Below, piece after piece: positions 57,158 to 64,000 of a stretch of 64,000 bases of DNA. Made by a program: the position numbers and the translations under genes. This DNA comes from an uncultured Chloroflexia bacterium (GTDB taxonomy: Bacteria; Chloroflexota; Limnocylindria; Limnocylindrales; CSP1-4). The notes beneath the pieces are model-generated. The model was not told where the DNA came from. It searched no databases and saw nothing but the letters and a program-made list of their open reading frames with translations. The stretch spans positions 192,001-256,000 of the forward strand of contig CAVVCZ010000002.1 in the NCBI GenBank assembly GCA_963746845.1. Reading direction: 5' to 3'. Numbering within the stretch: the stretch's first letter is position 1; each line of letters starts with the position of its first letter.

Positions 57158-58164
57158 GCGCGGGCCCCCACCCGCCCGGCGATACCACCCGCCCGAACGT
57201 CCTGATCACGAGCGCGGCCCGCAAGGTGCTTCTCGTCCGGGCCTTCCGCACCGCGCTCGCCCGGCTGGGTGGCGGGTCGGTCGTCGCCTCGGACCTGGAT
57301 CCGCGGGCGGCTGCGCTGTACGAGGCGGATCGTCGTCGCACACTCCCCCGCTCCGACGATGTCGCGTTCGTCGACGCCCTCCGTGCGCTCTGTCGCGAGG
57401 AGGCCATCGGCCTCGTCGTCCCGACGAGAGACGAGGAGCTGCCGGTCATGGCCGCCGCCCGGCCCCTGCTCGCCGAGGACGGGACGCTCGTTCTCGTCTC
57501 GTCGCCCGAGGCCGTCGAGACCTGCCGGGACAAGGGACGGTTCGCCGATGCAGTGGCGGCGGCCGGCCTCGACGCACCGCTCCGGTACGACGAGCCGGAG
57601 ACGGCGCCGTTGCCGGCCTTCGTGAAGCCCCGGTTCGGCAAGGGCGGCACGGCGGCCGCGGCCGCCACGACCCGCGCGGGGCTGACGGCCGCCGTGGCCG
57701 CGGCCGGGCCCGGCGCGATCATCCAGGAGCGGATCGTCGCACCCGAGTACACGGTCGATTGCTTCCTGGATCTCGACGGCGTCCCGATCTCCGCCGTGCC
57801 GAGGGAGCGGGTGGTCGTCGTCGACGGGGAGTCTGTCGTGACGCGGACCGTGCACGACCCGGAGCTCACAGCGGCCTCGGTCCGGCTGGCGACCGCCATC
57901 GGGCTGGTGGGCCACGTGACGATCCAGGCGTTCCGGACGACCGATCGGATCGCCTTCATCGAGATCAACCCGCGCTACGGCGGCGCGGCGAACGCCGGCT
58001 TCGCCGCCGGAGCCCCGACCCCGGAATCCGCGATCCGACTCGCCCGCGGCGAGCGGCTCGACCCCCGCGTCGGCCAGCACATGGCCGGCCTGGTCATGCT
58101 CCGGGCGAGCGACGACCGGTTCGTCCGCGAGGGGGATCTCGGGTTCGACGAACCGCGGCCGTGA
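57154..58164 (+). CDS. ATP-grasp protein (carbamoyl-phosphate-synthase-like)
   Basis: VPTRDEEL, CRDK, FVKPRFG, EYTVD and IEINPRYGG. Confidence 0.88.
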   Translation: MSAGPHPPGDTTRPNVLITSAARKVLLVRAFRTALARLGGGSVVASDLDPRAAALYEADRRRTLPRSDDVAFVDALRALCREEAIGLVVPTRDEELPVMAAARPLLAEDGTLVLVSSPEAVETCRDKGRFADAVAAAGLDAPLRYDEPETAPLPAFVKPRFGKGGTAAAAATTRAGLTAAVAAAGPGAIIQERIVAPEYTVDCFLDLDGVPISAVPRERVVVVDGESVVTRTVHDPELTAASVRLATAIGLVGHVTIQAFRTTDRIAFIEINPRYGGAANAGFAAGAPTPESAIRLARGERLDPRVGQHMAGLVMLRASDDRFVREGDLGFDEPRP

Positions 58165-58877
58165 GCCGGCCCGCGGCGGTCCTGTTCGACCTCGACGACA
58201 CGCTGTATCCGGAGCGTCGCTACGTCGACGGCGGCTTCGCGGCGGTCGCCGCCTTCCTCGCCCCGATCACCGGCCGCCCGGCCGACGACCTGACGGCCCG
58301 CCTGATCGCGCTGCACGACCGCGAGGGTCGCGGGCGCCTGTTCGACACGCTCCTCGCGGAGCTCGGACGCGACACGGACCGCGATCTCGTCCTCGCCTGT
58401 CTCCTCGTGTACCGGACGCACGCGCCGCGCCTGGAGCCCTTCCCGGGTGTCGTGGATGCGCTCGCCGCCCTGCGCGCGGCGGGCATCCGGACGGGCCTCG
58501 TGTCCGACGGCCATGCGGCCACCCAGCACCGGAAGCTGGCCGCCCTGCCCGACGTCGCGCGGCAGCTGGACGCGATCGTCATGACCGGCGATCTCGGCCC
58601 GGACCACGCCAAGCCGTCACCGACGCCGTTCCGGGTCGCGGCGCTCGTGCTCGGGGTCCCGCCCGATCGCGCGGTCTACGTCGCGAACGATCGGCGCAAG
58701 GACTTCCGCGGTGCCCGGGCGGCCGGGCTGCGGACGATCCGGGTCGGCCGTCCCCCGGACGAGGGACGTGCGACGATGGCCTCCCCGACCGGGGACGAGG
58801 GCGACGAGGCCGACAGCGTCGTCGACGGCGTCGGCGAGGCGCTCCCCCTGCTCCTCGGCGAAGGAGGCGAGCCCTGA
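58161..58877 (+). CDS. HAD-superfamily hydrolase
   Basis: FDLDDTLY, SDG, KPSP and YVAND..KDF. Confidence 0.9.
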   Translation: MSRPAAVLFDLDDTLYPERRYVDGGFAAVAAFLAPITGRPADDLTARLIALHDREGRGRLFDTLLAELGRDTDRDLVLACLLVYRTHAPRLEPFPGVVDALAALRAAGIRTGLVSDGHAATQHRKLAALPDVARQLDAIVMTGDLGPDHAKPSPTPFRVAALVLGVPPDRAVYVANDRRKDFRGARAAGLRTIRVGRPPDEGRATMASPTGDEGDEADSVVDGVGEALPLLLGEGGEP

Positions 58878-58879
58878 CC

Positions 58880-59935
58880 GTGCGCGACATCGTCATCAAC
58901 GGCCGGCCGATCGGCCCGTCGCGGCCCGTCTACGTCATCGCCGAGATGTCGGCGAACCACGCCCAGTCGTACGAGGCGGCCGTCCGGATCGTCCACGCGG
59001 CCGCAGACGCCGGTGCCGACGCGATCAAGCTCCAGACGTACACCCCGGACACGATCACGATCGACAGCGACGCGCCGCCGTTCCGCCACAACACGGGCTC
59101 CCTCTGGGAGGGGAAGACCCTCCACGACCTGTACGGCGAGGCGTACATGCCCTGGGACTGGCAGCCGAAGCTGATGGAGGTCGCCGCGGAGGTCGGGATC
59201 GACTGCTTCTCGTCGCCGTTCGACCCGACCGCGGTGCGCTTCCTCGACGATCTCGCCGTCCCTGCCTTCAAGGTCGCGTCGTTCGAGCTCGTCGACCTCC
59301 CGCTGATCCGGCAGATCGCGGCGACCGGCAAGCCGGTGATCATGTCGACGGGGATGGCGACGGTCGAGGAGGTCGACGAGGCCGTCGCCGCGGCCCGTGC
59401 CGGGGGCGCGACGCAGATCGCCCTGCTCAAGTGCACGAGCGCCTATCCATCGCCACCCGCGACGGTCAACCTCGCCGCCATCCCGATGATGGCCGAGCGC
59501 TGGGACGTCCCGATCGGCCTGTCCGACCACACCGTCGGCGAGTACGCGGCCGTCGCGGCGGTCGCCCTCGGCGCCACGATCGTGGAGAAGCACCTGACGA
59601 CCGGTCACGGGGACGACACGCCCGACGCGGCGTTCTCGCTCGACACGGACGAGTTCCGGCGGATGGTCGCGGGGATCCGCGTCGCCGAGCAGGCGCTCGG
59701 GCACGCGACGCTCGGACCCGGCCCGGAGGAGGCCGAGAGCCGGCGGTTCCGACGGTCGCTCTACGTGGTCGAGGACGTCCTCGCCGGAGAGGTGCTGACC
59801 GCGGCCAACGTCCGGTCGATCCGGCCGGCCGGTGGCCTCCACACGCGCGAGTACGAGGCCGTGCTCGGCCGGCGCGCCGCCGCTGACATCGCCCGCGGGA
59901 CGCCGCTCACGTGGGAGCTCGTGGCCCGGGACTAG
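58880..59935 (+). CDS. pseI: Pseudaminic acid synthase (NeuB family)
   Basis: IAEMSANH, KLQTYTPDTIT, KVASFE, LKCTSAYP, GLSDHT, RRSLY and SAF domain. Confidence 0.9.
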   Translation: MRDIVINGRPIGPSRPVYVIAEMSANHAQSYEAAVRIVHAAADAGADAIKLQTYTPDTITIDSDAPPFRHNTGSLWEGKTLHDLYGEAYMPWDWQPKLMEVAAEVGIDCFSSPFDPTAVRFLDDLAVPAFKVASFELVDLPLIRQIAATGKPVIMSTGMATVEEVDEAVAAARAGGATQIALLKCTSAYPSPPATVNLAAIPMMAERWDVPIGLSDHTVGEYAAVAAVALGATIVEKHLTTGHGDDTPDAAFSLDTDEFRRMVAGIRVAEQALGHATLGPGPEEAESRRFRRSLYVVEDVLAGEVLTAANVRSIRPAGGLHTREYEAVLGRRAAADIARGTPLTWELVARD

Positions 59936-62340
59936 CCGGGTCCGGGGACCGAGCGGCGGTCGGCCCGGCGGATCACGGATGCCCAGCCGGCCAGCCCGCC
60001 GAGCGCGACGAGCAGGACCACGAACCCGAGACGCGTCGCGACCGGTTCGTACGCGAAGGTGACCTGATGGGGGCCCGGTCCCACCTCCACGCCGCGGAAC
60101 GCGAGATCGACCGGGACGACCGGGGCGGGCACGCCGTCGACCGATGCGACCCAGCCCGGACCCGTGGCGTCCGTCAGGACGACGATCCCGGCCGGCCCGT
60201 CCCGGACGGCCAGCTCCTGCCGGTCCGGCGTGTACCGCGTGATCTGGACCGGGCGCGAGACGCCGTCCGTCGCGGTCGGGATCGACGACGAGATCCGGCC
60301 GCGGTCCTCCGGAAGGACGAAGACGGTGCCCGCGAGCTGGTCCCGGGTTGCGGTGCCGAGGTTCGCCAGGATCTCGTCGCGGGTGGCGGCGGGGGCGACG
60401 GCCGCGGCGACGAACGCCCGCGGGATGACATCGGGGATCTCGTAGACGACATCGGTGCCGTCGCGGTAGCGCTCCTCGAAACGCGGGTCGACGGCGTAGT
60501 CGCCCCGGACGACGAACCAGCGGATCCCCATGAGCTGGGCGACCTCGGGATCGATCTCGGGCCCGAACGCGTACGCCCGAACGCCCCAGCTGTGGAAGTA
60601 GGTGTAGAGCGTCGGATCGTCGCGCAGCGTCGGATCGGTCAGGACGCCGAACAGGTCGTGGACGCCGAGTGGGTAGATGGCCTGATAGCCGTCCGCCTGG
60701 AAGATCCCGACCCCGCCCATCCGGTCGCCGAAGAGGCCGAGGCTCAAGACCCGGTTCTGTTCGGGCGGGCCCTGGGCCTGGACGAAGGCCTGCGCCGGGG
60801 TCCTGGCGATGTCCTCGGCGTACGTGCCGAGGGAGCCGTTCAGCAGGCGCTCCCCGTGCGCGTAGGCGGCGCGATCGAGGATGAGCAGCCCGACGACGAG
60901 CAGGACGACCACGCGGCCGACCGGACGACCGCGCATCCAGACCGCGGCGCCCAGGGCGATCGCCGCGACGCCGATCACGAGCGAGCCGACGATCAGGAGA
61001 CGTCCGAGGTTGGCCGTTCCGAGCGGGCCTCCGTGGCGGATGGCCGCCAGGAGCGGGCCTCCGGCGGCCGCGATCTGCCACGCGACGAGCAGCCCGAGGG
61101 CGAGCCCGATGACGACGAGCCACGCCAGACGGCCGGATGGCAGTCGCCGGCGCAGGTCGGCCGTGGCGGGGTCGGTCGGCCACCAGCGCAGGACCCGCGC
61201 GGCACCGATCGCGCACAGTGCCGCCACGGCAAACGGCATCGCGTGACGGATCCGGACGAGCTGGAACGACCGGAGGAACCCGAGGTTCTCCTGGATCGGC
61301 GTGAACAGGACGGCTGCCGCGTCGAGCAGGGGGATCGCCACCAGCAGCCCGACGATGAAGAGCTCTCCGCGGACGCGTGGCCGGCGTCGCACCACCGAGA
61401 TCGCGATCGCGATCAGGGCAAGGCCCGCCGCACCGCTGAAGAATGTGCCATAGCGACCCGGTGACAGGCCGACATTCGCCCCGACCGGGACCCCGAACAG
61501 GAGGCTGCTGTAGAACGTGAGAGTGTCGGTGATGACGCTGAGGACACGCGAGTCGTAGAGGTCCGCCAGGTTCCAGGCCGCGCGCTCCGACCCGGGCAGC
61601 CAGGTGAGCTGGGCGAGGAGCACCGGGCCGGTCAGGGCCAGGCTGAGGACCCACGCCCCCAGCCAGATGCCGACGCGGTCGCGGACCCGCGTCCCCTCCG
61701 GGCCGGCGACCAGCAGCCACGCCAGCTGGAGCGCCCCCATGATCAGCGCGACCTGGGACTGACCGGCGTACATCAGGAATGCATCCAACAGGACCAGCCC
61801 GACCACGGCGCGCCAGCGGACCCGCGACGGCCGGACGGCCCGGTCGGCCAGCCACAGGGCGATCGGGAGGCCGAGGGCGCTGAACCCGTAGATGTAGTGC
61901 CAGAAGCCGAACAGGTAGACGATCGATCCGATGAGGCACGGGCCGAAGGGCAGTCGGAGGTTGTCACGGAGGAACAGGTGCATCCCGAGCCCGGCGGTCG
62001 CGGCCATCAGCCACGCGGTGAACGCGTACGCGGCGAATGAGCCGAACGCGAACCCGAGCGCGACGTCCGGGGCGAAGGGCGCGATCGAATGCTGGGCGAG
62101 GATGTCGTTGCCGGTCCCGAAGTACGGGTCCCACCAGGTCAGCCCGTAGCGGCTCCATTGCTCGACCGTCGCGCCGATGCGCGCGACGCCGCCGGCGGGA
62201 TCGAACACGTCCAGCTCGTAGCCGAGGCCTCGCTGGCGGAAGAGCAGTGTCTCGAGCGTCGGGAAGGAGAACAGCGCGAGGAGGCCGTACAGGCCTGCCA
62301 GTCGCAGCGCCTCCGGCAGCGATCCAACCGCCCGCCTCAC
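59932..62340 (-). CDS. YfhO-like polytopic membrane glycosyltransferase (GT-C)
   Basis: WWDPYFGTG, many TM helices, C-terminal PGWVASVDG..V..AFRGV..G.H.V.F.Y.P. Confidence 0.82.
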   Translation of the reverse strand: MRRAVGSLPEALRLAGLYGLLALFSFPTLETLLFRQRGLGYELDVFDPAGGVARIGATVEQWSRYGLTWWDPYFGTGNDILAQHSIAPFAPDVALGFAFGSFAAYAFTAWLMAATAGLGMHLFLRDNLRLPFGPCLIGSIVYLFGFWHYIYGFSALGLPIALWLADRAVRPSRVRWRAVVGLVLLDAFLMYAGQSQVALIMGALQLAWLLVAGPEGTRVRDRVGIWLGAWVLSLALTGPVLLAQLTWLPGSERAAWNLADLYDSRVLSVITDTLTFYSSLLFGVPVGANVGLSPGRYGTFFSGAAGLALIAIAISVVRRRPRVRGELFIVGLLVAIPLLDAAAVLFTPIQENLGFLRSFQLVRIRHAMPFAVAALCAIGAARVLRWWPTDPATADLRRRLPSGRLAWLVVIGLALGLLVAWQIAAAGGPLLAAIRHGGPLGTANLGRLLIVGSLVIGVAAIALGAAVWMRGRPVGRVVVLLVVGLLILDRAAYAHGERLLNGSLGTYAEDIARTPAQAFVQAQGPPEQNRVLSLGLFGDRMGGVGIFQADGYQAIYPLGVHDLFGVLTDPTLRDDPTLYTYFHSWGVRAYAFGPEIDPEVAQLMGIRWFVVRGDYAVDPRFEERYRDGTDVVYEIPDVIPRAFVAAAVAPAATRDEILANLGTATRDQLAGTVFVLPEDRGRISSSIPTATDGVSRPVQITRYTPDRQELAVRDGPAGIVVLTDATGPGWVASVDGVPAPVVPVDLAFRGVEVGPGPHQVTFAYEPVATRLGFVVLLVALGGLAGWASVIRRADRRSVPGPG

Positions 62341-62395
62341 GGCACGGCCGGTGCCATCAGCCGGCTGACGGTCCGGCGGTTCGGCGGTTCACGGG

Positions 62396-63598
62396 TCACG
62401 CGGCCCGGTAGGCGGTCGTGACCTTGTCGAGCGCCGCGACGACGTCGTCGACGTCCGCGGTCGTCATCGATGCGAACAGCGGCACGGTCAGCAGCCGCTC
62501 GTACGCCCCCTCGGCGATGGGCATCGAGATCCCCGGGAACCGCTCGCGATAGTAGGGATGCCGGTGGACGGGGATGTAGTGGACGTTGACCCCGATCCCC
62601 TCGGCCCGGAGGGCCCGGAACACCGTCCCTCGGTCGACGGACAGCCGGTCCAGCCGGAGCTGGACGAACGCGAAGTGCCAGGCCGGGTCGGCCCGCGGAT
62701 CGACGACGGGCGGATCGAGGAGCTCGTGACCGCTGAGGCGCCGGAGATAGTGCGCCGCCAACTCGCGGCGCCGGGTGAGGAACGCGGGAACCCGCGCCAG
62801 CTGGCTCGTCCCGAGCGCCGCGCCGATGTCGGTGAGCCGGTAGTTGTAGCCGAGCTCGACCATCTCGTAGGTCCAGTCGCGCCGCGCCGCGAGCTCGGTC
62901 GCGATCCCGTGGTTCCGGAACCGGCGGAGGCGGGTCGCGAAGTCATCCCGGTCGGTCAGGACCGCACCGCCCTCGCCGGTCGTGAGGATCTTCGCGGGAT
63001 GGAGGCTGAGGACGGTCAGGTCGGCGAGCGTCCCGACCGCCCGTCCGTCGAGCGTCGCACCGAGCGAGTGGGAGGCGTCGGCGATGATCGTCAGCGGGCC
63101 GCCCGGCGCGGCGTCCGCGACCGCACGGAGCGCCGCGTAGTCCGCCGGCTGGCCGGCGTAGTCGACCGGCAGGAGCGCCCGGGTCCGCGACGTGATCGCC
63201 GCCGCGACGCGATCCGGGCGGATCAGGAGCGTGCCGGGATCGATGTCCGCGAAGCGCGGCTCGGCCCCGGCATACAGGACGCAGTTCGCCGTCGCGGCGA
63301 ACGTCATCGGCGTCGTGATCGCCTCGTCGCCCGGTCCGAGCCCCGCGACAACCGCCGCTCCGTGGAGGGCCGCCGTCCCCGAGCTGAACGCGACGGCATG
63401 GCGCACGCCCGCGAACGCGGCGAGCGCCTCCTCGAAGGCCGGGACCCGGGGGCCGGTCGTGAGCCAGTCCGAGCGCAGGGCGGCCGTGACGGCGGCCACG
63501 TCCTCGTCGGAGATCGACTGCCGGGCGTAGGGCAGCATCGTCGTCCGGATCGGCTCGCCGCCGTCGATCGCGAGACGGGCGGTGGTCGGCGAGCCCAT
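62396..63598 (-). CDS. pseC: PseC-like UDP-4-amino-4,6-dideoxy-HexNAc aminotransferase
   Basis: LPYARQSI, LRSDWLTTGP, DASHSLGA, SLHPAKILTTGEGG, LGYNYRLTD and VHYIPVH. Confidence 0.85.
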   Translation of the reverse strand: MGSPTTARLAIDGGEPIRTTMLPYARQSISDEDVAAVTAALRSDWLTTGPRVPAFEEALAAFAGVRHAVAFSSGTAALHGAAVVAGLGPGDEAITTPMTFAATANCVLYAGAEPRFADIDPGTLLIRPDRVAAAITSRTRALLPVDYAGQPADYAALRAVADAAPGGPLTIIADASHSLGATLDGRAVGTLADLTVLSLHPAKILTTGEGGAVLTDRDDFATRLRRFRNHGIATELAARRDWTYEMVELGYNYRLTDIGAALGTSQLARVPAFLTRRRELAAHYLRRLSGHELLDPPVVDPRADPAWHFAFVQLRLDRLSVDRGTVFRALRAEGIGVNVHYIPVHRHPYYRERFPGISMPIAEGAYERLLTVPLFASMTTADVDDVVAALDKVTTAYRAA

Positions 63599-64000
63599 CA
63601 CCGAACGGCGACCCCGGCTTCCATCCGGCCGGCCATCCAGTTGCGAACCCGGCCGAGCCCCTCCTCGAGCGACACGGCCGGGCGCCAGCCGAGGACGCGA
63701 ACGGCCTCGCGGGCATCGCACCGGAGCACGGCGATCTCGCTCTGCGGATGGATGTGCTCGACGTGCACGATCCGCGACGGGTCCGGTTCGATCAGGGCGG
63801 CCAGCCGGTTGACGGTCACGTCCGCGCCCGTGCCGGCGTTGAGGATGCGGCCGGTCGCGGCCTCGGCGAAGAGGGCGTCGCACACGAACCGCGCGCAATC
63901 CGACGCGTAGAGGAGGTCGCGCGTCTGCGTTCCGTCGCCGAAGATCCGGAGCGGCTCCTCGCGCAGGGCGAGACGCGTGAAGATCGCGACGACGCCGCCC
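63598..64000 (-). CDS. NAD-dependent epimerase/dehydratase, C-terminal part (5' end beyond window)
   Basis: GGVVAIF..., IFGDGTQTRDLLYASD and LGWRP..LEEGL; TGATG coupling to pseC. Confidence 0.85.
   Translation of the reverse strand, partial: GGVVAIFTRLALREEPLRIFGDGTQTRDLLYASDCARFVCDALFAEAATGRILNAGTGADVTVNRLAALIEPDPSRIVHVEHIHPQSEIAVLRCDAREAVRVLGWRPAVSLEEGLGRVRNWMAGRMEAGVAVR

Noticed and set aside
3722-61939. Many long overlapping ORFs (e.g. 3722-6271, 8227-10536, 21925-24660, 39631-42900, 58676-61939)
   Set aside because: Stop-poor shadow frames typical of very high GC DNA, with no recognisable domains
1-64000. tRNA, rRNA, tmRNA, RNase P, SRP RNA, transposases, defence systems
   Set aside because: No diagnostic motifs recognised by eye; a covariance-model scan was not possible

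Overview
Very GC-rich bacterial chromosome segment. The gene set (GuaB3, UPF0182, DUF3048, membrane-anchored zinc-ribbon proteins, FlgD-Ig surface proteins, several leaderless genes) suggests a monoderm, most likely Chloroflexota or an actinobacterium-like lineage; this is inference only. Layout: (1) 1-6.1 kb, guaB3 ... guaA, interrupted by an F420-type oxidoreductase, DUF1028, a truncated haemoglobin and a cluster of very small transcription units. (2) 6.1-18.3 kb, a structured intergenic RNA candidate, membrane/zinc-ribbon proteins, UPF0182, a CPBP protease and radC-mreB-mreC. (3) 18.3-64 kb, a large cell-surface glycan locus: rmlABDC, two big secreted FlgD-Ig proteins (one clan-CD protease-like, one GH18), polyprenol-P glycosyltransferase, wbp-type diacetamido-uronic acid genes, about seven GT4s, a Wzm/Wzt exporter, pseudaminic-acid genes (pseF/G/I/C) interleaved with methyltransferase, ATP-grasp and HAD genes, and a YfhO-like GT-C. 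The most unusual signal is at 1.0-3.4 kb. Four promoters share one architecture (TACG-N8-CGTA-type box, CGRTG, then a -10 element at near-fixed spacing). They appear to drive two micro-proteins, a non-coding RNA and a small membrane protein. Three of the transcripts carry ACAACYGAA motifs (an identical 3x11-nt array in two), and one carries three hairpins with CCUCC (anti-Shine-Dalgarno) loops. No tRNA, rRNA, CRISPR array or transposase was seen. All family calls come from motif recognition by eye, not database searches.
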